This document shows, in pieces, positions 1-9,682 of a DNA stretch of 64,000 bases (the stretch's first letter is position 1; each line of letters opens with the position of its first letter). The notes under the pieces are model-generated. The model had not been told where the DNA came from and made no database searches. It saw only the letters and a program-made list of their open reading frames with translations. Origin of the DNA: an uncultured Spirochaetota bacterium (GTDB lineage Bacteria > Bacteroidota > Bacteroidia > Bacteroidales > Bacteroidaceae). The translations under genes and the position numbers were made by a program. The DNA lies in NCBI GenBank assembly GCA_963639575.1, contig CAVHUR010000009.1, positions 1,477 through 65,476 on the forward strand. Direction: 5' to 3'.

Positions 1-280
1 CAAGGGCAACTACAAGAACGCCGAGAGCAACTTCAAGGGCGAGAGCACGAACAGCGCAGCACTGGCTCAGATTCTCAACAAGAACTACGCCCAGGCAGTG
101 GGAACACTCGACGAGGCAGCTAACAAGAACGCTGTGAACACCTATCTGCACGCCATTGCCGCTGCAAGACGCGAGAACAAATACGCTGCAAAGTCATATC
201 TGAAGGAAGCACTGGAGCAGGATCCTTCGCTCGAAAGCTATGCTGCCAACGACTATGAGCTTGCAATAACAAGAGAATAA
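1..280 (+). CDS. C-terminal part of a TPR-like helical protein (5' end outside window)
   Basis: The frame of ORF 98..280 is open back to the window edge (KGNYKNAESNFKG...ALAQILNKNYAQA...YLHAIAAAR...YLKEALEQDPSL), with TPR-like Ala/Tyr/Leu periodicity. Stop TAA at 278-280. Confidence 0.6.
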   Translation, partial: KGNYKNAESNFKGESTNSAALAQILNKNYAQAVGTLDEAANKNAVNTYLHAIAAARRENKYAAKSYLKEALEQDPSLESYAANDYELAITRE

Positions 281-294
281 ACACTTATCGACAG

Positions 295-1281
295 ATGAAG
301 AGACAAGGTCTGCTTCTTCTTCTCACCCTGATTTTGGTTTCGTGCGGGACTGACGGCAGTCACTTCAAGATAGACGGCCGCCTGCTCAACCTCAATCAGG
401 GTGAGTTCTATGTATACAGTCCCGACGGTCTGACAAGCGGAATGGACACCATCCATGTGCGTGCCGGTCGTTTTACCTACGAGACACCGTGCGACAATCC
501 CGGCACTCTCGTCATCGTATTCCCCAATTTTTCCGAGCAGCCGGTATTCGCCCGGGGCGGCAAGACCGTCGATGTGAAAGGCGACGCATCCCACCTGAAG
601 GAGATGAAAGTGACCGGCACAAAGGAGAACGAGCTCATGAACAAGTTCCGCGAGCAGTCGTCCAACGCTTCACCCGATCAGGTGAAGCACTTCGTGGAGC
701 TGTTTGTCGGCGACCACCCCGAGTCGTTGGTGTCGGTCTATCTGGTGCAGCGTTATTTCGTCCGCACCTCTCTGCCCGACTACGACAGGGCAGTCCGCCT
801 CTACCGCACAATGGTCAAGGCGCAGCCGCAGAACGGACGGCTGGCGCAGGATATGAAGTCGCTCGAAACGGCGGCGCAGAGTGGGGTGGGCAAGAGGTTG
901 CCTGCCTTCACGGCAGTCGCCACCGCCGGCGGCAAGATAACACAGGCTGACCTCGGCAAGGGCAAAGCCATCATCTACGTGTGGGCGTCTTGGGAATACG
1001 AGAGCTGCAGCATGCAGCGCATCATACAGGAGGAACTGGCTAAGTCGGACGGCAAGCTGAAAGCCCTCGGCGTGTGTCTTGACATGTCGAAATCGGAGTG
1101 CGCCAAAGTCATGGAGCGCGACAACGTCACCTGTCCGGTGGTCTGCGAGCAGATGATGTATGACGGCAAGACCGTCCGCCAGCTCGGTTTCTCGTCCGTC
1201 CCCGACAACATACTGCTCGACAACGGCAAGATTACGGCGCGCAATGTCACCGTATCCGAACTGCGCGACATGCTGAAATAG
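295..1281 (+). CDS. DUF4369/TlpA-like thioredoxin-fold lipoprotein with degenerate CxxC
   Basis: Lipobox LVSC, N-terminal DUF4369-like region, and a C-terminal redoxin fold with WASWEYESC in place of WASWCxxC. Confidence 0.75.
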   Translation: MKRQGLLLLLTLILVSCGTDGSHFKIDGRLLNLNQGEFYVYSPDGLTSGMDTIHVRAGRFTYETPCDNPGTLVIVFPNFSEQPVFARGGKTVDVKGDASHLKEMKVTGTKENELMNKFREQSSNASPDQVKHFVELFVGDHPESLVSVYLVQRYFVRTSLPDYDRAVRLYRTMVKAQPQNGRLAQDMKSLETAAQSGVGKRLPAFTAVATAGGKITQADLGKGKAIIYVWASWEYESCSMQRIIQEELAKSDGKLKALGVCLDMSKSECAKVMERDNVTCPVVCEQMMYDGKTVRQLGFSSVPDNILLDNGKITARNVTVSELRDMLK

Positions 1282-1319
1282 GCACTCTTTCCCCTGTTGC
1301 ATACACCGAAAACCACGTC

Positions 1320-2861
1320 ATGTTAGTAAAAACCTATTGCGCCGCAGTCAACGGACTGGAAGTGACCACCGTGACCATAGAGGTCAGCATAACCAATGGA
1401 GTGATGTATCACTTCACCGGTCTGGGCGATACTGCCGTGCGCGAGGGGCGTGACCGCATCAGTGCCGCCATGCAGTACAACGGCTTCCGCTTCCCCAAGG
1501 GCGACATAACGGTCAACATGGCGCCCGCCGATCTGCGCAAGGAGGGCAGCGCTTTCGACCTTCCGCTGGCGATAGGTCTGCTCGCAGCCAATTCCAACAT
1601 AGAGACCGAGCGTCTCGCCGACTACATGATTGTGGGCGAACTGGGACTCGACGGCCGACTGCAACCGGTCAAGGGAGCGTTGCCGATAGCCATAAGGGCG
1701 CGGGCGGAGAAGTTCCGGGGGCTGATTCTTCCCAAGGACAACGTGCGCGAAGCCGCCGTCGTCAACAACCTCGAGGTCTACGGCATGGAGACGATGATGG
1801 ATGTCGTCAACTTCCTGACGGGCAAACAGGCGTTCTCCCCATGTGTCGTCGACACGCGCAGAGAGTTCTACGAACAGCAGTACAACTTCCCCCTCGACTT
1901 CGCCGACGTGCGCGGCCAGGAGAATGTCAAGCGTGCCATGGAGGTCGCGGCGGCAGGAGGCCACAACATGATAATGGTAGGTCCGCCGGGCAGCGGCAAG
2001 TCCATGATGGCCAAGCGGCTTCCTTCCATACTCCCTCCGCTGTCGCTTGCCGAGAGCCTTGAGACCACCCAGATACACAGTGTGGCAGGTAAGCTCAAGG
2101 GCGGGACGTCACTCATCTCGCAGCGACCGTTCCGTTCGCCCCACCACACCATCTCTGAGGTGGCGCTCGTGGGCGGCGGCGCCACACCGCAACCGGGCGA
2201 GATAAGCCTCGCCCACAACGGAGTGCTCTTTCTCGACGAGCTGCCCGAGTTCCACAAGGCGGCTCTCGAACTGCTCCGCCAGCCCCTTGAAGACCGCCGC
2301 ATAACCATCTCCCGCGCCAAGTACACGCTGGAATATCCCTGCTCGTTCATGTTCGTGGCGTCGATGAACCCCTGTCCGTGCGGCTATCACGGCGACCCCA
2401 CGCACAACTGCGTGTGCACTCCGGGGCAGATACAACGCTACATGAGCCGCATCAGCGGACCTCTCATGGACCGCATAGACATCCAGTGCGAAATCTCCGC
2501 CTTGCCTTTCAAGGACTTGTCCTGCACCGCCCCGGGCGAGCCGTCGGCATCCATCCGCGAGCGTGTCATCGCCGCACGCGCCGTCCAGACCGCCCGTTTC
2601 AGCGGCGTTCAGGGTGTCCACTGCAATGCGCAGATGACCGAACGCATGATTCACCAGTATGCCGAGCCCGACACACAGGGACTTGAGCTGATGCGCATAG
2701 CCATGGAGCGCTTCTCGCTCTCTGCCCGCGCCTACTCCCGCATCCTCAAGGTGGCGCGCACCATTGCCGACCTTGACGGCGCGGAAAATGTCGGCAGCAG
2801 CCACATAGCCGAAGCTATCACCTACCGCCAACTCGACCGCGGCGACTGGGCAACGAGGTAA
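1320..2861 (+). CDS. comM: YifB/ComM family Mg-chelatase-like AAA ATPase
   Basis: ITVNMAPADLRKEGSAFDL, Walker A GPPGSGKS, RPFRSPHHT, LFLDELPEF, MNPCPCG and LSARAYSRILKVARTIADL motifs. Confidence 0.93.
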   Translation: MLVKTYCAAVNGLEVTTVTIEVSITNGVMYHFTGLGDTAVREGRDRISAAMQYNGFRFPKGDITVNMAPADLRKEGSAFDLPLAIGLLAANSNIETERLADYMIVGELGLDGRLQPVKGALPIAIRARAEKFRGLILPKDNVREAAVVNNLEVYGMETMMDVVNFLTGKQAFSPCVVDTRREFYEQQYNFPLDFADVRGQENVKRAMEVAAAGGHNMIMVGPPGSGKSMMAKRLPSILPPLSLAESLETTQIHSVAGKLKGGTSLISQRPFRSPHHTISEVALVGGGATPQPGEISLAHNGVLFLDELPEFHKAALELLRQPLEDRRITISRAKYTLEYPCSFMFVASMNPCPCGYHGDPTHNCVCTPGQIQRYMSRISGPLMDRIDIQCEISALPFKDLSCTAPGEPSASIRERVIAARAVQTARFSGVQGVHCNAQMTERMIHQYAEPDTQGLELMRIAMERFSLSARAYSRILKVARTIADLDGAENVGSSHIAEAITYRQLDRGDWATR

Positions 2862-2866
2862 CAACG

Positions 2867-3157
2867 ATGAACAAGATAAAGAGTGAACAGCGGACGGTGG
2901 AGCTGATGATACGTCTCTACTGCCGCAGGAAAGAGGGCAACATGACTTTGTGTCCGGAGTGCAGTGAACTTCTCGACTACGCTCTCCGCCGCCTTGAGCG
3001 GTGCAAGTTCGGCGAAGGCAAGTCCACTTGCAGGAAATGTCCCGTCCATTGCTACAAGCCGCAGATGCGTGATCGCATACGCGAGGTCATGCGCTGGGCC
3101 GGTCCGCGGATGCTTTTCCTGCATCCCGTGGCGGCATTGCGGCATCTTTTTCAGTGA
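2867..3157 (+). CDS. YgbA-like (nitrous oxide-stimulated promoter family) Cys-rich protein
   Basis: E..TVELMIRLYC...LCPEC..L..YA..RL.RC.FGE.K.TC..CPVHCYKP.MR.RI..VMR.AGPRML..HP signature. Confidence 0.85.
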   Translation: MNKIKSEQRTVELMIRLYCRRKEGNMTLCPECSELLDYALRRLERCKFGEGKSTCRKCPVHCYKPQMRDRIREVMRWAGPRMLFLHPVAALRHLFQ

Positions 3158-3172
3158 CACTCCTTGTTTCAG

Positions 3173-3230
3173 TTTGACGCGAAGACGCATCAACCACTAT
3201 GATTAGTAGTAGACGCATCCCCGCATCTAC
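3173..3230. repeat. Degenerate GTAG-type REP pair
   Basis: TTTGACGC-GAAGA-CGCATCAACCAC followed by GTAG-TAGACGCATCCCCGCATCTAC; these are decayed versions of the hairpins at 9683-10358. Confidence 0.6.
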
Positions 3231-3365
3231 CGCAGATGAATCCCAAATTCCCGATAACGGCTTGCGGCGTGGATGCCGCAGCGACAGCGGTTTTGGGGGT
3301 GCGGAGCGCGGGGACGTGCCGAATACTAACCTAATATATGACAGCTGTTGTCGTTTTCGCCGGGG

Positions 3366-3527
3366 TCAGTCGCCCCAGAATTCTCCGTTGGAGTTTGTGA
3401 GTTGTCTCACATCGTCGTCTTTGTACTTTTTATTGTCGTCCGCAATGGTCAGTGATGTATTGAACATTACTGCGTCCGCGGTCACGTTGCAGACGGTGGC
3501 GGTGGGGATGATATATTTCTTCTTCAT
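3366..3527 (-). CDS. Small 53-aa 'KKYxxP' peptide directly downstream of the BspA-like gene (below ORF-track cutoff)
   Basis: Manual translation: MKKKYIIPTATVCNVTADAVMFNTSLTIADDNKKYKDDDVRQLTNSNGEFWGD*. The ATG is 14 nt after the upstream stop. Layout matches the peptides at 10455 and 20743. Confidence 0.7.
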   Translation of the reverse strand: MKKKYIIPTATVCNVTADAVMFNTSLTIADDNKKYKDDDVRQLTNSNGEFWGD

Positions 3528-3541
3528 GATGGATGTGTGTT

Positions 3542-6430
3542 TTATTTGATAATGACTTTCATGGTCTTGTTGCCACGTTTCACGATGTTGATGCCCTTTT
3601 GCAGTCCGTCGGTGCGGCGTCCCTGCATGTCGTAGTATTCGGTTGGTGCCGACGTGTTGTCCTCGGCGGTGCTTATGGCTGTCGGCTCTTCGTCGACAAA
3701 CAGGCTGTAAGCCTTGGTGAGGCTCTCGTCGCCGGTGGAGTTTTCCTTGACATAGGCACGGAACTGCTTTATGCCCACGGCGCTTGTGGCTGTCGACTCC
3801 AGCAGTCGGGTGGTGTTCATGAGCATATCGTTCTTCAGTATGTAGCAGTTTTTGTCCTTCGGGGTGAACATCTTCTTGGTGTAGGTACCCACGAGTTGCA
3901 GCGTGCCGTCTGTGGTTGACGAACCGTCAATCGTGACGCATGATGTCGTCGTGCCGGTAGTGGTGAGGGCGATACCGCTCGCCGACCTGTCCTTACGGAT
4001 GATTACTGGTAAGCCGGCAGGCAGTGTCCCGCTTAGTTCTTCCAACTCTATCACGTCGTCAGCCTGGCTTGTCAGGCGGTAGGCTTTGAATCCTGTCGCG
4101 CCGTCGAGGTCGATATCTATCGGCAGACAGAGCGTTCCCCACTCGGAAGTCATGTCTCGGCTGTAGGTGGCAGTGCCCACCGTCACGTTTTCGGTCAATG
4201 TCAGTTCTTTGTCGTCAGTGATGTCCAGATTGTCGATGGCGAGCGTTTCGCCTGCGGCACCAACGATTTCACTGCCGTTGGTACCCACTTTCTTGGTGAA
4301 ATAACCTGTCTTGTAGTTGGCGTAATCCACACCTTTTTTACTTTCATCGTACGCAATAGCACCCTTTAAATTATAGCACATATCGAATGCAATGTTGCCA
4401 CTCTCGGGCATTTTGAACTTGTCGCTAACATAAATAGTAGTGAGTGCGTGACAACCACCGAACATACTATTCATTGTTTTCAGATTTTGTGTGTCGAAAC
4501 CTGACAAATCCAATGAGGTCAGTTTGAAGCAACTTCCAAACATATTGCTCATATCTGTGGTATTGGAAGTGTTGAGATTCTCTATGCCCTCTATTGTGGC
4601 GAGATTGACGCACGACTGGAACCAAAAATAGCATGTTGTCGGAGACTGGTCCTTGAAACTCTTGTCGAACACCACCTTGGTGATATCTCCATTTCCCTTT
4701 GAAGTGTTCCATCCAGGTATGTTAGAACCCCAGTTATATCCGTAGTCACCATCCTGCTTGTAGTAACTGTAGTAGAATGTGAGGGTGTTGCCAGTCAACC
4801 TGATGTAGACACTGCGGTTGCTCTTGTCGGTGAAATAGCCCGTCTTCGTGCAGTTGGCATACTCCTTGCCGGTCTTGGCGGCATCGTAGGTGATGTGTGA
4901 ACGCAGCGATGTGCAGTCAAGGAACATATCAGTGTCATTGGTCACATTGTCGATAGAAAAGCCGCTACCGGCAAAGATTGTCACGAGCGATGTGCATCCG
5001 TTGAACATGCCTTGCATATTGGTGACTGCTGCTGTATTGTAGTTAGTGAGGTCAAGTTCCGTCAGCGCAGAACATCCGCGGAACATGTCACTCATATCTG
5101 TTACGTTATCGGTATTGAACTTGGAGATATCAAGAGCGGTAAGCGCCGAGCAGCCGTTGAACATTCCCTGCATGCCGGTGTCGGTGACGCTGGCGGTGGT
5201 GAACTTCGGCATGATTAATTCTGTGAGACTTGAGCAACCAGAGAACAGATTGGCCATATTGGTCACCTTATCTGTACTGAATGTGGAGAGGTCGAGTGAC
5301 TTGAGCGTGGAGCAGTTCGTAAACATGGAGTACATGTCCGTGACGTTGCTTGTGTCAAATCCTGTGAGGTCAATCCACTTGAGAGAAGAACATCCGTTGA
5401 ACATGCCCTGCATGTCGGTGACGCCGGTGGTGGTGAAGTTGGAGGGGTCCAGCAGTTGGAGCGACTGGCAGTAGGAGAACATCTCGCGCATGGAGGTCAC
5501 CTTCTCCGTATTGAATGTGGACAAGTCGATGTTGGTGAGCGAGGAACAACCGAAAAACATGCTCTCCATGTCGGTAGCCTCGGACGTGTCGAGATATTCC
5601 AGACCCTCGATGTCCTCGATGAACACTCCGCCTGAGAACCATTCATGGCAGGTCTGCGGACGGTAGAAGCGGAAATCCTCGTCTATCACCACCTTCTTGA
5701 CAGCAAACTCCTTCAGTTGGCCTATCCACGCAGGCCGTCCCTCCTCGGTTGTAGTGAAGTCGAAGTAGCGTGAGGAGGATGTCTCCGTGTCAGCGGTAGG
5801 GTCGGCGATGTCGGGCATCTTGCTATAACGGAAGTATAGCGTGTTGTCCGTGTACTCCACATAAGGCGAGGGAGTAAAGAGCGTAAACTCCGATGCCTGC
5901 ACGCAGTTGGACTTGTTGGCATCGCGCACGGCAGTGATGACCCACTTGAAATATTCGTATTTCTCGGCGGTCTTGCAACTATAGGTGCCGGTCATGCCCT
6001 GGTCGCCCGTGAGCTGAGTGTCGTCTGTCACCTCGTCGATGAGTGTCCAGCCGGCTGTACCCGTCTTGCTGGTGGGTCGGTCGTTGCGTCCGTAGAGCGC
6101 CCATGTCATGGGGTTGCGTGCCAGGTTGAGGTCGTATGTGTCGTCACCGGTGGTGATGGCGTATCCGCACACATGAATAGGCTTGCTCGCCTGGAAGGTT
6201 ACCACCAGCGGTTTCCTTAAAGTAAAATAGTTGAGATGCCACTTGGTAGAGGTGTCACCGTCGAACAGGTTTTGCGGAAGCTGGTTTTCGTCGTAGCCTG
6301 TGTCACTGCAGTCGGTTAACACAGTGTAGGTGATGTCGTCCGTGGACGTGTCTTCCGCCATTGCCACGAATGGTGCGGCAATCATCAGAAGGATTGGCAG
6401 TAATGCCCATAATGTCTTTTTTGTATTCAT
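3542..6430 (-). CDS. BspA/DUF285-type LRR surface protein with N-terminal discoidin (F5/8-like) domain and T9SS C-terminal signal
   Basis: Signal peptide MNTKKTLWALLPILL, NLFDGDTSTKW discoidin motif, many 26-aa repeats (FxTxxVTDMxxMFxGCSxLxxLDLS), and C-terminus YYDMQGRR...KGINIVKRGNKTMKVIIK. Start moved to ATG 6430; a TACATTTG promoter lies near 6516-6523. Confidence 0.88.
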   Translation of the reverse strand: MNTKKTLWALLPILLMIAAPFVAMAEDTSTDDITYTVLTDCSDTGYDENQLPQNLFDGDTSTKWHLNYFTLRKPLVVTFQASKPIHVCGYAITTGDDTYDLNLARNPMTWALYGRNDRPTSKTGTAGWTLIDEVTDDTQLTGDQGMTGTYSCKTAEKYEYFKWVITAVRDANKSNCVQASEFTLFTPSPYVEYTDNTLYFRYSKMPDIADPTADTETSSSRYFDFTTTEEGRPAWIGQLKEFAVKKVVIDEDFRFYRPQTCHEWFSGGVFIEDIEGLEYLDTSEATDMESMFFGCSSLTNIDLSTFNTEKVTSMREMFSYCQSLQLLDPSNFTTTGVTDMQGMFNGCSSLKWIDLTGFDTSNVTDMYSMFTNCSTLKSLDLSTFSTDKVTNMANLFSGCSSLTELIMPKFTTASVTDTGMQGMFNGCSALTALDISKFNTDNVTDMSDMFRGCSALTELDLTNYNTAAVTNMQGMFNGCTSLVTIFAGSGFSIDNVTNDTDMFLDCTSLRSHITYDAAKTGKEYANCTKTGYFTDKSNRSVYIRLTGNTLTFYYSYYKQDGDYGYNWGSNIPGWNTSKGNGDITKVVFDKSFKDQSPTTCYFWFQSCVNLATIEGIENLNTSNTTDMSNMFGSCFKLTSLDLSGFDTQNLKTMNSMFGGCHALTTIYVSDKFKMPESGNIAFDMCYNLKGAIAYDESKKGVDYANYKTGYFTKKVGTNGSEIVGAAGETLAIDNLDITDDKELTLTENVTVGTATYSRDMTSEWGTLCLPIDIDLDGATGFKAYRLTSQADDVIELEELSGTLPAGLPVIIRKDRSASGIALTTTGTTTSCVTIDGSSTTDGTLQLVGTYTKKMFTPKDKNCYILKNDMLMNTTRLLESTATSAVGIKQFRAYVKENSTGDESLTKAYSLFVDEEPTAISTAEDNTSAPTEYYDMQGRRTDGLQKGINIVKRGNKTMKVIIK

Positions 6431-6662
6431 CTGTAGGCTGATTAATATATAAATAATGGTGAAATCGTGTCTTGCGCAGTATGCGTTGCGGGGAAACGAG
6501 GCGTGTTTCCCCGATGCAAATGTACGCAAAACACTCTGTGCCTTGCAAATGAATACCCGGCGGCAACGGCGATTTTGCCGATAGGGCAGTGAATTGTTGT
6601 CAATGGGACACTCGGCGCGTGTGGCGCACGGAGCGGTTTTGCGGATAGGACAAGAGCCTTTG

Positions 6663-7831
6663 TCAACAGGACAAAGTGCGCTGCCGCTCTATCCATTTGC
6701 CTGGAGTGACGCCCTCCGTCTCCTTGAATGTGCGGCAGAAATAACTGGTGGAGAGGTAGCCGGCCTGTGATGCCACGTCGGCAAGTGGCATGTCGGGCGA
6801 CTCGGTCATGACCTGCTTGGCGTAGTCAAGGCGCAGACTGTTGATCCATTCACGGAATGTCATGCCGTAGTGCACGTTGACAAAACTGGAGATGTAGGTC
6901 CTGTTGGTGGCGGTGGCGCGTGCCATGTCCTCTATGGTGAGGCCACCCTTGGTGTACTCCTTGGCGTCTACCCACTCGCGGATGTGGCGTTCGAGGATTT
7001 CCTCCTGCGCCTTCGACATGCCGGTGACGGCATGGCACGTGCTGCCGCCGGAGGCGTCTTCGTCGGCAAGTGATGTCTGCGATGCGGTGTCAAGTGCCGG
7101 GTCAGTGTCTTCGGCAGAACCAATGGCACCCTCCACCTGCTCGTAGAACAGCAAGTAATTGGAGTATGACACGTAGAGGTATATATAAAAAGGTATGGCG
7201 GAAATAATCCAGATGAACACATAACGGCTGGGAACGAAGGTGAAGGCTCCCTGTCCCACGCCGAAATAAACTGCCCAGTAGGTGAACGCCGACATCCACC
7301 GTATGTAGGCTGTCACGTTGTCGGCATAGTAGTTGTCGAGCATCCGGGCGGCTCCGCGGAATGTGATGAAGACGTGGCGCGCCACCTTAATGGCATAGAC
7401 AAAGAACAGAATGGCGATGAATACGGGCACTGCCTTGTGCATCAGGGGGGCAATTTTACGCTCCACAGTATGTGGGTGACCGTGCAGTAGACCGCCCATG
7501 CGGCGATGTGACGCACAAACCGCTTGCGTGTGACATAGCTGCGGTCGAGCAATAGCATCAGTGCGCTGCCGAACAGCCACACCGCCAGCCAGTAGGTACA
7601 CAGGTTCATGAGGATGGCGTCCACGGGATCGGTCAGGCGCGGGGTGACAAACAGATGGATGGAATAGTTGATGGAGAGGTTGATGAGAGCCGCTCCCATC
7701 AGCATGCGCGACCGCCGGTAGTACTTCACTGCCGGTTTGTCGGGCAACTTGCCGAAGATAAACCGGTAGCTGAAGAATATCATCAGCGTGAGTGATACGC
7801 ACAGTGAGTAGTTATAGATTTCCAGTTCCAT
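6663..7831 (-). pseudogene. Membrane-anchored AraC-family regulator split by a 1-nt frameshift in a G6/C6 tract at 7445-7450
   Basis: The N-terminal TM half (MELEIYNYS...WSVKLPP*) and the C-terminal half (LMHKAV...TNRTYISSFVN...FREWINSLRLDYAK...AGYLSTSYFCRTFKETEGVTPGKW) are in different frames. One extra C in TTG CCC CCC TGA joins them. Confidence 0.8.
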
Positions 7832-7928
7832 ATATTGCCGAGCGTAGTACGTCTTTTGCAAAGATAACTTTTTCCGCCCGGAAAACAAAGCTCCACCTCG
7901 GGAAAAAGGTTTTGTCGCCCTATGATTA

Positions 7929-7953
7929 GTAGGTGCAGCGTCCTCGCTGCACC
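7929..7953 (+). repeat. GTAG-type REP hairpin
   Basis: GTAG-GTGCAGCG-TCCT-CGCTGCAC. Confidence 0.8.
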
Positions 7954-8071
7954 CGTTTCGTCTCCTTTTAGCATTGATTAAGCGCACCTGAGACAGAGTT
8001 TTCTGCTGCAACCTATCATTAAATAAGGAAAAAGAAGTAACTTTGCATCAGTAAAGATACATTGTTCGCTC

Positions 8072-8395
8072 ATGACAAAAACAACGTTGGGCACACGCCT
8101 ACCGAGAAAACTGGAACAGAAAATGCAGACCGTAGGCGAACAGATAAAGCTGGCACGGCTGCGCCGAAACCTCAGTATTGCCCAAGTGGCGGAACGTGCC
8201 ACCTGCTCGCCACTCACGGTTTCACGGATAGAAAAGGGCGTCCCTACTGTCGCCATAGGGATATATCTGCGTGTGCTCTATGCCCTGCAGTTGGATGACG
8301 ACATCCTGTTCCTTGCCCGGAAAGACGAGTTGGGACATGCCTTGCAGGACATCTCGCTGATAAAGAACCGCGAACGTGCTTCCAAGAAAGGGTGA
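8072..8395 (+). CDS. XRE/HipB-like HTH antitoxin
   Basis: GEQIKLARLRRNLSIAQVAERATCSPLTVSRIEKG HTH; lies directly upstream of a HipA gene; TAACTTTG promoter near 8038. Confidence 0.85.
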   Translation: MTKTTLGTRLPRKLEQKMQTVGEQIKLARLRRNLSIAQVAERATCSPLTVSRIEKGVPTVAIGIYLRVLYALQLDDDILFLARKDELGHALQDISLIKNRERASKKG

Positions 8396-8399
8396 CATT

Positions 8400-9650
8400 A
8401 TGGAATTGTTGTATGTTTATGCCGATTTTGACTGGTTGAAAGCACCGACGCTTGTCGGCGAGTTGGGCTATGAATCTCTGCGCGGTTCCGATTCCTATTC
8501 GTTCCGTTTCGATGACGGTTGGCTCCGTCATTACGGCAATATCATGCTCAGTGCCGACATCAACAACTACCCCGGACAACAGTACACGCAGCCTGAGAGG
8601 GACATTTTCGGCTGTTTCGGCGATGCGTTGCCCGACCGTTGGGGGCGCACGTTGCTCAATCGCCGTGAGCAGATGCAGGCGAAGGAGGAGCGTCGTCCCA
8701 TGCGCAGGCTTTCCTCTTTCGATTTTCTCAAGGGAATAGACGATGCCTCACGCATGGGTGGATTCCGCTTTTGCCGCAGCAAAGACGGTGTTTTCATCAA
8801 TAGCGACAGCACATTGCGCATACCGCCATTGGCGGATGTCAGGTCGCTGTTGGCTGCAAGCCAGGAGTTTGAACGTTGTGAAGATACCAATGTATTGCCG
8901 GAGAAGAGATGGCTGCAGCAACTCGTCCATCCCGGAACTTCACTCGGCGGAGCACGCCCGAAGGCGGCTGTCACGGACGAGGCTGGGACTTTGTATGTGG
9001 CGAAGTTTCCCTCACGCCATGACGACTACGACGTTGCCTTGTGGGAACACCTCTGCCATCTGTTGGCGGCAGAAGCCGGGATAAAGACGGCGAAGACAAG
9101 TGTCATGGCGGCGGGAGGGCGTTACCACACGTTGCTGTCACGGCGTTTCGACCGCAATGCTGCCGGACGGCGCATCCATTTCGCCTCTGCCATGACGATG
9201 CTTGGACTGACCGACGGATGCGATGCCCAGAGTGGCAACGGCTATCTGGATATTGTCGATTTCATATTGCAGAACTGCTGCGATGTGCAAGAGAACCTTC
9301 AGGAACTCTATCGCCGTGTTGCGTTCAACATCATGATGCGCAACACGGATGACCATTTCCGCAATCACGGCTTCCTGTTGACCCCCCGCGGGTGGACACT
9401 CGCCCCGGCTTACGACATGAATCCGACGCTCAACGATTATCAGAGCCTGCTTGTAAACTCTTCTACCAATGTGTCCGACCTGCAGGTTCTGCTGGATTCT
9501 TCCGATGAATACATGATAACCAAGGACTGCGCCCGGCAGATTGCCGGTGAGGTTGCGGCGGTCACACTCCATTGGCGGACACTGGCGACACGCCTTGGCA
9601 TCCCTGTCCGTGAGACGGAAATGTTTGATTCAGTATTGCCGAAAGGTTGA
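8400..9650 (+). CDS. hipA: HipA-family Ser/Thr kinase toxin
   Basis: DALPDRWGR, GTSLGGARPKA, RRFDR, NTDDHFRNHGF and LAPAYDMNP motifs; ATG at 8400. Confidence 0.9.
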   Translation: MELLYVYADFDWLKAPTLVGELGYESLRGSDSYSFRFDDGWLRHYGNIMLSADINNYPGQQYTQPERDIFGCFGDALPDRWGRTLLNRREQMQAKEERRPMRRLSSFDFLKGIDDASRMGGFRFCRSKDGVFINSDSTLRIPPLADVRSLLAASQEFERCEDTNVLPEKRWLQQLVHPGTSLGGARPKAAVTDEAGTLYVAKFPSRHDDYDVALWEHLCHLLAAEAGIKTAKTSVMAAGGRYHTLLSRRFDRNAAGRRIHFASAMTMLGLTDGCDAQSGNGYLDIVDFILQNCCDVQENLQELYRRVAFNIMMRNTDDHFRNHGFLLTPRGWTLAPAYDMNPTLNDYQSLLVNSSTNVSDLQVLLDSSDEYMITKDCARQIAGEVAAVTLHWRTLATRLGIPVRETEMFDSVLPKG

Positions 9651-9682
9651 AATCTCCGTGAAGATCTTTCTTTTTGAGTTGA

